Positions 10,007-19,721 of a stretch of 64,000 nt of DNA are shown piece after piece (the stretch's first letter is position 1; each line of letters starts with the position of its first letter). Below the pieces are notes generated by a model that was not told where the DNA came from, made no database searches, and saw only the letters and a list, made by a program, of their open reading frames with translations. The position numbers and the translations under genes are program-made. The stretch covers positions 183,849 to 247,848 of the forward strand of contig JBDWLQ010000005.1 of the NCBI GenBank assembly GCA_039973095.1, written 5' to 3'. The stretch comes from Nitratireductor sp. (GTDB lineage Bacteria > Pseudomonadota > Alphaproteobacteria > Rhizobiales > Rhizobiaceae).

Positions 10007-11008
10007 ATGACGGGCAAGAAAAAGCCTCTCGTGGTGATCACGCGCAAGCTGCCGGATCCCGTTGAAACGCGCATGCGTGAACTGTTCGACGCACGGCTGA
10101 TCGTCGAGGACAGACCGATGACGCAACCCGAACTGGTCGCCGCGGTGCGCGAGGCTGACGTTCTGGTGCCCACGATTACCGACCGCATCGACGCCGCGTT
10201 GATCGCTCAAGCCGGCGAGCGGCTGAAGCTGATCGCCAATTTCGGCAATGGCGTCGACCATATCGACGTTGAGGCTGCGGCACAGAAGCAGATTACCGTT
10301 ACCAACACGCCCAACGTGCTGACCGAGGACACGGCCGACATGACCATGGGCCTGATCCTGACCGTGCCCAGGCGGCTGATCGAGGGCGCGGGCGTATTAA
10401 AGGGGGACGGCAAATGGGGCGGCTGGTCGCCGACCTGGATGCTCGGCCACCGCATCTGGGGCAAGCGGCTCGGCATTGTCGGTATGGGCCGGATCGGAAC
10501 GGCCGTTGCGCGGCGCGCCAAGGCGTTCGGGCTTTCCATCCACTACCACAACCGCCACCGGGTCGCGCCCGCCATCGAAGACGAGCTGGAGGCGACCTAT
10601 TGGGAAAGCCTCGATCAGATGCTGGCCCGCATGGACATCATCTCCGTCAATTGTCCGTCCACGCCGGCCACATTCCATCTGCTGTCGGCACGGCGTCTGG
10701 CGCTGATGAAGCCCGGCTCCTATATCGTCAACACGGCGCGCGGCGAGATCATCGACGAGGGGGCGATGATCGAGATGGTCCGCGAGGGCAGGTTGGCCGG
10801 CGCCGGCCTCGACGTTTTCGAGCATGAGCCGGCCGTCAACCCGAAGCTCGTCAAGCTGGCCGAAATGGGCAAGGTCGTCTTGCTGCCGCACATGGGATCG
10901 GCCACGATCGAGGGCCGTATCGACATGGGCGACAAGGTGATCATCAATATCCGGACCTTTTTCGACGGCCATCGTCCGCCCGACCGGGTGCTTCCGGGCC
11001 GGGTGTGA
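10007..11008 (+). CDS. D-isomer-specific 2-hydroxyacid dehydrogenase (glyoxylate/hydroxypyruvate reductase-like)
   Basis: 333 aa with NAD site GIVGMGRIG and catalytic-region motifs NTARG and LLPHMGSAT. Confidence 0.85.
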   Translation: MTGKKKPLVVITRKLPDPVETRMRELFDARLIVEDRPMTQPELVAAVREADVLVPTITDRIDAALIAQAGERLKLIANFGNGVDHIDVEAAAQKQITVTNTPNVLTEDTADMTMGLILTVPRRLIEGAGVLKGDGKWGGWSPTWMLGHRIWGKRLGIVGMGRIGTAVARRAKAFGLSIHYHNRHRVAPAIEDELEATYWESLDQMLARMDIISVNCPSTPATFHLLSARRLALMKPGSYIVNTARGEIIDEGAMIEMVREGRLAGAGLDVFEHEPAVNPKLVKLAEMGKVVLLPHMGSATIEGRIDMGDKVIINIRTFFDGHRPPDRVLPGRV

Positions 11009-11041
11009 GCGCCGGCGCCTTTCCACCGATGCGGGTGAGCC

Positions 11042-11476
11042 CTATTCGCCGGCGCCGTCTTCCACGATTTCCAGCGTGCCGTCGCCTCCGACCGCGACCG
11101 CGTGGCCGCTGAAGCTGGCGAAATGCTCCGGATCGAGCCGTACCGCCACCGGCGGTTCCCAGCCCATTTCGCGCGCCACGATCAGCCCTAGAAGCAGGAT
11201 CGCGTCGGCCTCGCCGATGACCAGCGCGGCTGGCGCCACGCCGGCCCGGACAAGTTCCAGAAGCACCGACGAGGCCGACGACGATCCGATCGTTGCCGGC
11301 ACGAACAGCACCTTGGCGGCCACGACTGAACCGTGTTGCGGGTGGCGCACGTCGATGATCCTGCCGTCGCGCGGATCGACGCCACCCCAGAAGCTGATCG
11401 GAGCCTGCAGGACCAGCGCCGGGCCGCGGCCGGGCGCGCCGGCGACCAGCACCTCGCCCTTCGCCGGCGCCGTCAA
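11042..11476 (-). CDS. Aconitase X small (swivel, DUF126) subunit
   Basis: 144 aa with PISFWGGVDPRDGRIID and GSSSASSVLLEL typical of DUF126. Its TTG start overlaps the upstream stop (TTGA), and ggag lies 9 nt upstream. Confidence 0.8.
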   Translation of the reverse strand: MTAPAKGEVLVAGAPGRGPALVLQAPISFWGGVDPRDGRIIDVRHPQHGSVVAAKVLFVPATIGSSSASSVLLELVRAGVAPAALVIGEADAILLLGLIVAREMGWEPPVAVRLDPEHFASFSGHAVAVGGDGTLEIVEDGAGE

Positions 11477-12726
11477 GTCTGCGGCTCCGCCAGAATCGGG
11501 CGTCCGCTGACGGCGCTTTCCACGCAGTCTGAAAGCGAACCGTATAGCGTCGCATAGCCGGTATTGCCCGGCGCATAGTGGGCGAATTTGCCTGAGTTGG
11601 TCATCAACACACCCCCCTTGATGTCCGCCAGGATCGGCGTAACCACAACGCAGGTATCGGCCACGATCCTCACGCCTGCGCGTTCGAGCGGTCCACGCCG
11701 GTGTTGACGGTCGAGTGCTTCCAGAACATGCCGTCCGGTGCAGGCAAACAGCGGCACCTCCAGGCGACGTCCGGCGATCAGGCGTTCGAGCCGGTCGAAT
11801 TCGGCCAGCGACAGATGCGGGCTGCCGATCGCCACCGCGTCGATCCGCCCGGCGTGCTCGGCGGTCGAAAGCCGCCGGCGGCTGTCCGCGACCATGGCCG
11901 CGGTCACGACGATGCGCGCCTCGGGCGCCAGGCCGCCGGTCGCCGTGGCGAGATCGGGTGCTTCAGGCGTCAGGCCGGCAATGTGGAACAGGCCAACCGC
12001 GCCGGACGACGCGGCCGCCGCGCCGAAGGCCTTGAGCGCGTCCTCGTCGGGTGCGCCGCGCACTCCCGTCAGCACGCCGACCGTGTTGCCGACCAGCCGG
12101 CCGTAGAGGCTGCCCAGCACCGGCCACGCCGTGTCGTCGGCGAAAAAGGCCTCCGGCAGGCCCGACACGTCGACCACGATCCGGGCGAGGCGGTTTTCGG
12201 GTCTGTGCAGGCCGCAATCGGGCGCGCGCCCGGCCACCGCGCAGGCGATGTCGAGGAAGTCGCCGTAGCGGCTGGTGCGCGCGCCCAGAACGGAATTGCA
12301 GAATACGACGGCGTTCGATTCACCCCAGGCGACGTCCTGGCCGCGGGCGGGGCGGTGCCCGGCCTGGTAGGGCGCGCAGGTCCAGCTCGGCTCGCAGCCG
12401 AGCGCCACGTAGGCCCGCATCATCCGCCGCGCCATGCCGCGTTGCGGTTCGTCCAGTCGCACCCTGCAGCCGCCGGCGAGATCGAGCGAGCCGACATTCA
12501 GCGTCGACCGCACCGCCACCCGCGCGCCCTCGGCAACCAGTCTTTCGGCGAACAGCGTGCCGGAATCGCCGTGATAGAGGCCGCCGTCGATATGAGCCGA
12601 CGCGATCGGCAGCAGCCGGCTCGCGCCGAGCAGGCGCGCGCTTTCGGCAACGATGCGCATCGCCATCGCCTTGCCGTCCCCTCCGGCCGCGAGCGCGCGT
12701 TCGTCGGCTGCCAGCACCAGGCTCAT
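11473..12726 (-). CDS. Aconitase X catalytic (DUF521) large subunit
   Basis: 417 aa with SAHIDG, TCAPYQ and WGESNAVVFCNSVLGARTSRYGD motifs typical of DUF521/AcnX. It has an ATGA overlap with the upstream ThiF-like gene. Confidence 0.85.
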   Translation of the reverse strand: MSLVLAADERALAAGGDGKAMAMRIVAESARLLGASRLLPIASAHIDGGLYHGDSGTLFAERLVAEGARVAVRSTLNVGSLDLAGGCRVRLDEPQRGMARRMMRAYVALGCEPSWTCAPYQAGHRPARGQDVAWGESNAVVFCNSVLGARTSRYGDFLDIACAVAGRAPDCGLHRPENRLARIVVDVSGLPEAFFADDTAWPVLGSLYGRLVGNTVGVLTGVRGAPDEDALKAFGAAAASSGAVGLFHIAGLTPEAPDLATATGGLAPEARIVVTAAMVADSRRRLSTAEHAGRIDAVAIGSPHLSLAEFDRLERLIAGRRLEVPLFACTGRHVLEALDRQHRRGPLERAGVRIVADTCVVVTPILADIKGGVLMTNSGKFAHYAPGNTGYATLYGSLSDCVESAVSGRPILAEPQT

Positions 12727-13493
12727 GCCGGGCTCCGTGCGTATTTCATGGTCTCGAACCGGGCGCCGAGCCCGTCATACAACAAAAGCCTTCCCACGAG
12801 CGGTTCGCCGATCCCGGTGATCAGCTTGATCGTCTCCATGGCCTGCAGCGTGCCGATTACCCCCGTCAGCGCCCCCAGAATGCCGGCTTCCGCACAGGAC
12901 GGCACCATGTCGGCCGGCGGCGGTTCGGGGAAAAGATCGCGATAAGAAGGCAGGCGCGCGCCGTCCGCGCCGCGTTCAAAGGGCTTGAGGACGGTCAGCG
13001 AGCCGTCGAAGCGCCCGACGGCGCCGGTGACCAGCGGCCTTTCCGCCAGCGCGCAGGCGTCGGCCACCGCGTAGCGTGTCTCGAAATTGTCGGACCCGTC
13101 GGTGACGATGTCGTAGCCGGCGACCAGCTCCCCGGCGCTGGTGTCGGTCAGGCGCAGCCTGTGCTTTTCCACCGTTACGTGCGGGTTGATTGACGCGATC
13201 GTGTCGGCGGCGCTGTCGACCTTGGCCTTGTCGAGCGCGTCGGTGCGATGGATGATCTGCCGTTGCAGGTTGGACAAAGACACGACGTCGTCGTCGACGA
13301 TGCCGATCGTGCCCACCCCTGCGGCGGCGAGATAGCTGAGCGCCGGCGCACCGAGCCCGCCCGCGCCGATCACCAGCACCCGCGCGCGTTTCAGCTTCTG
13401 CTGGCCGGCGCCTCCGATCTCCGGCAGGACGATGTGACGCGCGTAGCGTTCCAGCTCGTCGTCGCTCAGGGGTCGTTTTGTGGGCTTGTCCAT
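12723..13493 (-). CDS. ThiF/MoeB/HesA-family E1-like adenylyltransferase (MoeB-like)
   Basis: 256 aa with ERYARHIVLPEIGGAGQQKL, nucleotide loop VIGAGGLGAP and SNLQRQ. There are only two Cys and no CxxC zinc motifs or rhodanese domain. Confidence 0.85.
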   Translation of the reverse strand: MDKPTKRPLSDDELERYARHIVLPEIGGAGQQKLKRARVLVIGAGGLGAPALSYLAAAGVGTIGIVDDDVVSLSNLQRQIIHRTDALDKAKVDSAADTIASINPHVTVEKHRLRLTDTSAGELVAGYDIVTDGSDNFETRYAVADACALAERPLVTGAVGRFDGSLTVLKPFERGADGARLPSYRDLFPEPPPADMVPSCAEAGILGALTGVIGTLQAMETIKLITGIGEPLVGRLLLYDGLGARFETMKYARSPA

Positions 13494-13592
13494 GCCTTCC
13501 CGCCTTTTCGAACCTGTCGGGTATCGTGGCCGGCCACGCCTGCGGCCGGCACCGCAACGCTACGTCAACAGGCTCGCAAAAGCGACCGGGTG

Positions 13593-14750
13593 TCAGGCGC
13601 CGCCGTCTACGGTGAGCGTGCCGTGCGAAACCGATACGAACTGGGCGCGGTCGGCGATCGCCGAAAACAGCTCCGGCTCGGTGCCGGTCATGAAAACCTG
13701 GCCGTTGAGGTCATGCAGGATGTCGAACAGCGCGGCGCGGCGGCGATGATCGAAATGGGCCGCGATCTCGTCGAGCAACAGCACCGGCGCCATGCCGGCC
13801 ATCTCGCCGGTGAGCCGCGCATGCGACAGCACGATCCCGACGAGCAAGGCCTTCTGCTCGCCGGTGGACGACAGCGCGGCCGGCATGTTCTTGGGCCTGT
13901 GGCGGACCACGAGATCGGCGCGATGCGGACCCTCGAGCGCCCGGCCGGCGGCGCGGTCGCGGTCGCGCTCGGCGGCGAGCCGGTCGCGAAACCGTTCCTC
14001 GACCTCGATCGCCGGGAGGCTTGCCAGCATTTCTTCCACCAGGCCCGACAGCGCCAGGTCGGCGCGCGGAAATACCTCGCCGTCGGGCGCGCGTTCGATC
14101 ATGGCACCGAGCAGCCGCACCATCTCGGCCCGGGCGGCCGCGATCGCCGTGCCGGTCTCGGCCATCTGCGCCTCGATGGCGGCGAACCAGGTTTGGTCGC
14201 GCACGTTTTCGGCAAACAGCCGGTTACGTCCGCGCATCGCCTTTTCATAGGCGAGCGCGCGGCGCCCGTGCGCCGGGTCGATCGTCAGCACCAGCCGGTC
14301 GAGGAAGCGGCGCCGGTCCGCCGTCGGGCCGGTGAAAAGCCCGTCCATGGCAGGCGTCAGCCACATCACCCGCAGCCATTCCTGCATGGCGTCGGCCGAG
14401 CGCGCCGGCGCGCCGTTGATGCGCACGCGCCTGCCGGCTTCGGTCTCTCCATTGTCGGCGCCGCCTGCCCCGGTGCCGATGTCGACCGGTCCGTCCGGCC
14501 AGTCCAGCCTGGCATGGAGCGCGAAACCGCCGGCCGCCCCCTCGCGGGTCATCTCGCCATAGGTCGCCCGCCGCAGGCCGCGCCCCGGCGTGAACAGCGA
14601 TAGCGCCTCCAGAAGATTGGTCTTGCCGGCCCCGTTCTCGCCGGTCAGCACCACGGCGCCGTTGTCGAACCGGGCGGTGAGGGAGGCATAGTTGCGAAAA
14701 TCAGTAAGCGTAAGCCTACCAATTCGGATCTGGGGCGGTTTGTCCGTCAC
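13593..14750 (-). CDS. recF: DNA replication and repair protein RecF
   Basis: Walker A GENGAGKTNLLEA. The GTG at 14750 lies 28 nt after the dnaN stop. The ORF-track start at 14861 would overlap dnaN and was rejected. Confidence 0.9.
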   Translation of the reverse strand: MTDKPPQIRIGRLTLTDFRNYASLTARFDNGAVVLTGENGAGKTNLLEALSLFTPGRGLRRATYGEMTREGAAGGFALHARLDWPDGPVDIGTGAGGADNGETEAGRRVRINGAPARSADAMQEWLRVMWLTPAMDGLFTGPTADRRRFLDRLVLTIDPAHGRRALAYEKAMRGRNRLFAENVRDQTWFAAIEAQMAETGTAIAAARAEMVRLLGAMIERAPDGEVFPRADLALSGLVEEMLASLPAIEVEERFRDRLAAERDRDRAAGRALEGPHRADLVVRHRPKNMPAALSSTGEQKALLVGIVLSHARLTGEMAGMAPVLLLDEIAAHFDHRRRAALFDILHDLNGQVFMTGTEPELFSAIADRAQFVSVSHGTLTVDGGA

Positions 14751-14778
14751 GGTCGCCGGGTCGCGGGCCGCGTTGCGG

Positions 14779-15897
14779 TCACACCCGCATGGGCATGAGC
14801 ACGTACAACGCCTGCTCGTCGGCCATGTCGTGAATAAGCGTCGGCGATCCCGCGTCGGCAAGCAGGAACTTGGCTTCGCTGCCGCTCAACTGCCCGGCGA
14901 CGTCGAGCAGGTAGCGCGCGTTGAACCCGATCTCGATCGGGTCGGCGTCGTAATCGGCCGCGACTTCCTCGACTGCGCTGCCCGAGTCCGGATTGTTGAC
15001 GGTCAACGTCACCATGCCGTCCGCAATCGCCAGCTTGACCGCGCGGCCGCGCTCCGACGAGATGGTGGACACGCGATCGACGGCGTCGGCGAAACTCTGC
15101 CGGTCGATGACGAGTTTCTTGTCGTTGCCGGTCGGGATGACGCGCTGATAGTCGGGAAAGGTGCCGTCGATCAGCTTGGAGGTCAAAATGACGCTGCCGA
15201 TAGTGAAGCGGATCTTGGTTTCCGACAATTCAACCGCAACCTTGATGTCGGGCGCGTCGACGAGCTTCTGCAACTCGCTCACCGTCTTGCGCGGAATGAT
15301 GATGCCGGGCATGCCCTCCGAGCCGGCCGGCGCCTCCATGTCGGCGCGCGCCAGGCGGTGCCCGTCGGTCGCCACCGCGCGCAGCACCAGCGTGCCGTCG
15401 TTTTCAAGCGTGTGCAGGAAGATGCCGTTGAGATAATAGCGGGTCTCTTCGGTCGAGATCGCGAACTGGGTTCTCTCGACCAGACCCTTGAGAGCCTCGG
15501 ATTCGATCCGGAAAATATGCGAGAAGGACCCCGCCGTCAGCTCCGGGAAATCGGATTGCGGCAGGCATTGCAGACGGAAATTGGAACGCCCGGCGATCAC
15601 CGACATCGAGCGCCCGTCTTCGTCGGTCTTCAGCATAACTTCGGCGCCGTCGGGCAGCTTGCGCACGATATCGTAGAGCAGATGGGCGGGCACCGTCGTC
15701 GCCCCGCTCTGTTCGACCTGCGCTGCGGTCGCCTCGGTGACCTCGATGTCGAGGTCGGTCGCCTTCATCTCCAGCACAGCGCCTTCGGCCCTCAGCAGCA
15801 CGTTCGACAGGATCGGAATCGTGTTGCGGCGTTCGACAACGCGATGGACGTGGTTGAGCGACTTCAGCAGGTTTGAACGTTCGAGTGTGACACGCAT
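14779..15897 (-). CDS. dnaN: DNA polymerase III beta sliding clamp
   Basis: 372 aa starting MRVTLERSNLLKSLNHV...; dnaA-dnaN-recF order. Confidence 0.97.
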   Translation of the reverse strand: MRVTLERSNLLKSLNHVHRVVERRNTIPILSNVLLRAEGAVLEMKATDLDIEVTEATAAQVEQSGATTVPAHLLYDIVRKLPDGAEVMLKTDEDGRSMSVIAGRSNFRLQCLPQSDFPELTAGSFSHIFRIESEALKGLVERTQFAISTEETRYYLNGIFLHTLENDGTLVLRAVATDGHRLARADMEAPAGSEGMPGIIIPRKTVSELQKLVDAPDIKVAVELSETKIRFTIGSVILTSKLIDGTFPDYQRVIPTGNDKKLVIDRQSFADAVDRVSTISSERGRAVKLAIADGMVTLTVNNPDSGSAVEEVAADYDADPIEIGFNARYLLDVAGQLSGSEAKFLLADAGSPTLIHDMADEQALYVLMPMRV

Positions 15898-16097
15898 GAC
15901 TTCGAGGTCTCATACCGGGCGGGCTTCGCGGGAAGCGCAGAAGGAAACGGCCCGCAACGGGCCGGAATCAAATCAAAATGACAGGAAAAACCAAACGAAC
16001 GCAAGCCCGCGTACCGGCCGAATGGCCGACAGGCCCGCTTTCTCCGGGGAAAACGGGGCGGCGAAGCCGAATGCCGGCGGCCGCCCCCTGAAACCGG

Positions 16098-17627
16098 TCA
16101 CGCCTGGTCGCTGATCAGGCGGCGTAGAAGCTCCAGTTCCTGGGCCAGCGTATTGTCGTCGCCCGACAACTGTTCGATCTTGCGCACCGCGTGCAGCACG
16201 GTCGTGTGATCGCGGCCGCCGAAGCGACGGCCGATTTCCGGCAGCGATCGCGGCGTCATGACCTTCGACAGATACATGGCGACCTGTCGCGGTTTGACGA
16301 TGGTGCGCGTGCGCCGGTTGGACAGCAGCTCCGTCTTCGACACGTTGTAGTGGCGCGCGACGATGCGCTGGATATCCTCGATGCGTACCCGTTTCGGGTC
16401 GCCCGGGCGGAACATGTGACCCAGAAGCTCGTCGATGCGTTCGATCGACAATTGCGGCTCGAAGGAGCGGCGAAACAGCAACTGGTTGAAGGCGCCTTCG
16501 AGCTCGCGACCGGAGCCGGTGACGGCACGCGCGACATGTTCGAGGATTTCCGCGGGGATCGTCAGCGTCTGGTCTTCCGTGCGGGCCGCCTCCAGGCGCT
16601 GCTGCAGCATGCGCAGGCGCATGTCCATGTCGGGCGCGGCCATTTCCAGGGAGACGCCGCCCTGCAATCTCGAGCGCACGCGCGGTTCGAGCGACTCCAG
16701 TTCCGAGGCCGGCCGGTCCGCAGCAACCACCACCTGCTTGGCGCTATCAAGCAACATATTGATCAGATGGCAGAATTCATGCTGGATCGACTTGCCTTGC
16801 AAAAACTGCATGTCGTCGATGATCAGCAGGTCGATGTCGCGCAATTGCTCCTTGAGCGTCAGCGCATTGTTGTCGCGGATCGCGGTCGCGAACCGCCACA
16901 TGAAATATTCCGCGGTCAGATAGACCACGCGCGACTGCGGGTTGCGCGCCAGCGCCTCGGCCGCGATCGCCTGCAGGAGGTGGGTCTTGCCGAGGCCGAC
17001 CGAGGCGTGGAGGAACAGCGGGTTGAAGCGCAGCGACGCGGTCGGGTTTTCAGCCACGGTGCGGGCGGCGGCGAAGGCGACGCGATTGGGCGGCCCCTCG
17101 ATGAACGACTCGAACGTGTAGCGGCTGTCGAGCGGGGACCCGAGAACGTTTTGTCCGCGGGCAGTCTCCACCGCGGGATGGCGCGGCTGGGGCGGTCTTT
17201 TCTGGCTGAGCGTCCCGCTCGACAGCGCCGTGCCCGCGGCGTGCGGCGCCGGGCCGGTATCGGTCGTTGCGCTGTCGCTGGCCCGTGTGTGGCGCGTGGC
17301 GGTGCGCACAACGATCTCCAGGCGCAGCAGTCCGGGCTCTTCGCGCCGCCACAGCTCCGTGATCAGATCGACATAGTGGCTGTTGATCCAGGAGCGCAGG
17401 AAGGCGGTGGGCACGGAGAGGCGGACCAGCCCTCGGGACGCCTCGGCCAGCTTCATGCGGCCGAACCAGCTTGAATAGACTTCCATGCCGAGCTGCGCGC
17501 GCAGTTGCACCCGGATGCGTTCGAAGATTTCGGAAGCGGCCGAACCGGAATTCATCTCATGAACATCCCCGCCTGCCCTTACGAAAGGAAGCCCCGCCTT
17601 GACCTCCGTTCCCATGCCGCCCTGCAT
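16098..17627 (-). CDS. dnaA: Chromosomal replication initiator DnaA
   Basis: AAA+ Walker A GLGKTHLL, box VII, and C-terminal DNA-binding helix ([11 protein letters not shown]). The start is uncertain: ATG 17627 has the best SD (aaggaaag), with alternatives at 17555 and 17693. Confidence 0.93.
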   Translation of the reverse strand: MQGGMGTEVKAGLPFVRAGGDVHEMNSGSAASEIFERIRVQLRAQLGMEVYSSWFGRMKLAEASRGLVRLSVPTAFLRSWINSHYVDLITELWRREEPGLLRLEIVVRTATRHTRASDSATTDTGPAPHAAGTALSSGTLSQKRPPQPRHPAVETARGQNVLGSPLDSRYTFESFIEGPPNRVAFAAARTVAENPTASLRFNPLFLHASVGLGKTHLLQAIAAEALARNPQSRVVYLTAEYFMWRFATAIRDNNALTLKEQLRDIDLLIIDDMQFLQGKSIQHEFCHLINMLLDSAKQVVVAADRPASELESLEPRVRSRLQGGVSLEMAAPDMDMRLRMLQQRLEAARTEDQTLTIPAEILEHVARAVTGSGRELEGAFNQLLFRRSFEPQLSIERIDELLGHMFRPGDPKRVRIEDIQRIVARHYNVSKTELLSNRRTRTIVKPRQVAMYLSKVMTPRSLPEIGRRFGGRDHTTVLHAVRKIEQLSGDDNTLAQELELLRRLISDQA

Positions 17628-18224
17628 CCCATCTTTCCTTTTCATAACGATATGCATTCCCGTCGCGCGCAGGCACAGGCCGCGCGCGTCCACGTTCCGA
17701 CGGCGCGGCGCATAGCGCCGTCCGCCACCTCACTCGAATACAACCGACCGCATCTGGTCAGCCCGTCCCCTTCATGTGCTGCGCGCGGACGCGCAGCGAC
17801 TGCTTGCACCTAGGCCGCAAAGTTCCCCGTGCCGGCGAAAGACACCGGCCCGTTCCTCGTCACTCCTCGACCTGAAACACGCCGGACAAGCGGCGTGACG
17901 AAAGGCAAAAATCTGCCGCTCGCGGGATATGCTTCCCGCGCTGAAAACGGTAGATTTTCTGGGTATTGAGGCCCGAGGGCCTTGTCCCTTCCGATGGGTG
18001 GACATTACAAAATCTGACCGCTCAAGGGCAAGGCCGCGGGTAAGGGTTTTTTAATCTGTAAGGGGGTTGGGGCCATGTCCGGGGCAGGGCGAATCATCGG
18101 CCGCTCCCCCTAAACCGTTTTGAATCAAACTCTTTTCTACGGCCGTTTCTTTCGTGGCCGGCTACATAAAATTTCTATATTTTTTTCGCTTGACACAATT
18201 TCCGCAAAGCCGGTGTGCCGCACA

Positions 18225-18233
18225 TGTGGAGAA
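18225..18233 (-). promoter_or_regulatory. Candidate DnaA box in the dnaA leader
   Basis: The minus strand reads TTCTCCACA, an 8/9 match to TTATCCACA, and lies inside an AT-rich island upstream of dnaA. Confidence 0.3.
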
Positions 18234-18410
18234 GCTGTGCATGACCTCTGGTAAGGTGTTGATTTAAAAAAATAATATCCGTGAATTTCGTTCTCTCGGC
18301 CGCGGCTCCTTCGCGTTGCAGTCATGGTCGAAACCGCCAGTGCCGGCAAAGGAATTGTCGCGGTTTTTTTTCGTCGCGCCTGCCTGTCCGGGACAAGTGC
18401 TTGGCGGCAA

Positions 18411-18440
18411 AACGAAAAAGCCCGGCTCAACCGGCCGGGC
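18411..18440 (-). terminator. Rho-independent terminator of rpsT
   Basis: The minus strand reads gcccggc-cggttga-gccgggc followed by tttttcgtttt, about 40 nt after the rpsT stop. Confidence 0.75.
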
Positions 18441-18482
18441 AATTATGCAGCGATAAGGAGGCGACAACGCCCCGGGCTGTCT

Positions 18483-18749
18483 TCAGGCCGACAGGGCCTT
18501 CACGCGCTGTGCCAGACGCGACACTTTGCGCGACGCCGTGTTGCGATGCAGCACGCCTTTGGTTGCTGCGCGCATCAACTCCGGCTGAACGGCCTTGAGC
18601 GCCGTTTCGGCGGCACTCTTGTCGCCGGAGGCGAGCGCCTCTTCGACCTTGCGCACGAAGTTGCGCACGCGCGAGCGGCGGCTCTTGTTGATCTCGGTCC
18701 GGCGCGCGAGCTTGCGCGTGGCCTTCTTGGCCGAAGTGGTATTGGCCAT
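18483..18749 (-). CDS. rpsT: 30S ribosomal protein bS20
   Basis: 88 aa counted from ATG 18749 ([26 protein letters not shown]...). The longer ORF-track start was rejected. Confidence 0.95.
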   Translation of the reverse strand: MANTTSAKKATRKLARRTEINKSRRSRVRNFVRKVEEALASGDKSAAETALKAVQPELMRAATKGVLHRNTASRKVSRLAQRVKALSA

Positions 18750-18902
18750 GGTGCCTCTCTGGTTATCCTGACATTCGTGCCGCGCCCGCAAAGCCGGTAG
18801 GCACGAAAACAATCGGGCGGCCGCAGGGCCGCCTCTGTTGGCGCGGCTTATAGTGCAGCTTTTTTGCCACGTCAACGCCCGTCTGACGGCTTTGCGCCCT
18901 TC

Positions 18903-19676
18903 TCAGCGATTGCGGAAGTTCGGCGTGCGTTTTTCCGCGAAAGCCGCCATGCCTTCCGACTGGTCCTCGAGCGCGAACATGGAGTGAAACACCCGTCGTT
19001 CGAAGCGCAGCCCTTCCGAAAGCGTGGTCTCGTAGGAGCGATTGACGGCTTCCTTGGCCATCATCACCGCCGGCAGCGAGAAGGAGGCGATCTTGGCCGC
19101 CGCCGCCAGGGCCTCCTCAAGCAGGTCGCCCGTCGGCACCACCCGCGAAACCAGGCCCGCGCGTTCGGCTTCGGCGGCATCCATCATCCGCCCCGTCAGG
19201 CACATATCCATCGCCTTGGCCTTGCCGACAAAGCGCGTCAGGCGCTGCGAGCCGCCCATGCCGGGCATGACGCCGAGCGTGATTTCCGGCTGGCCGAATT
19301 TCGCATTCTCGGCGGCGATGATGAAATCGCACATCATGGCCAGCTCGCATCCGCCGCCGAGCGCGTAACCGGAAACGGCTGCCACGATCGGTTTGCGAAT
19401 TCGGGTCAGCGCCTCCCAGCCGGCGAAAAAGTCGCTCATGAACGCATCGGCGAATTCCATCGACTGCATCTGCTTGATGTCGGCTCCGGCCGCAAACGCT
19501 TTTTCCGAACCCGTCATGACGATCGCGCCGATGCCGGCATCCGCCTCGAAGACCTCGAGCGCCGCGATCACTTCCGCAAGCACCGTGGTGTTGAGCGCAT
19601 TGAGCGCTTTCGGCCGGTTCAGCGTGATGAGGCCGACCCGCGCGCGCGTCTCGACCAGGATCGTTTCATAGGCCAT
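18903..19676 (-). CDS. Enoyl-CoA hydratase (crotonase family)
   Basis: 257 aa counted from ATG 19676 ([29 protein letters not shown]...). Crotonase oxyanion-hole regions are recognisable. Confidence 0.88.
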   Translation of the reverse strand: MAYETILVETRARVGLITLNRPKALNALNTTVLAEVIAALEVFEADAGIGAIVMTGSEKAFAAGADIKQMQSMEFADAFMSDFFAGWEALTRIRKPIVAAVSGYALGGGCELAMMCDFIIAAENAKFGQPEITLGVMPGMGGSQRLTRFVGKAKAMDMCLTGRMMDAAEAERAGLVSRVVPTGDLLEEALAAAAKIASFSLPAVMMAKEAVNRSYETTLSEGLRFERRVFHSMFALEDQSEGMAAFAEKRTPNFRNR

Positions 19677-19721
19677 TCGGGTATCTCCTCCTGGATTGGG
19701 GCATGTGGCCACAGCCGTAGC

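Noticed and set aside
18091-18126. Two GANTC (CcrM methylation) sites, at 18091-18095 and 18122-18126, upstream of dnaA.
   Set aside because: GANTC is expected by chance about once per 256 nt, so two sites in about 800 nt is not enrichment. There is no basis for a regulatory call from sequence alone.
17694-18482. Chromosomal origin of replication (oriC) next to dnaA.
   Set aside because: I found only one near-consensus DnaA box, no cluster of boxes and no repeated AT-rich 13-mers. In many alphaproteobacteria oriC is not adjacent to dnaA. The region is kept as a dnaA leader/promoter finding, not annotated as oriC.
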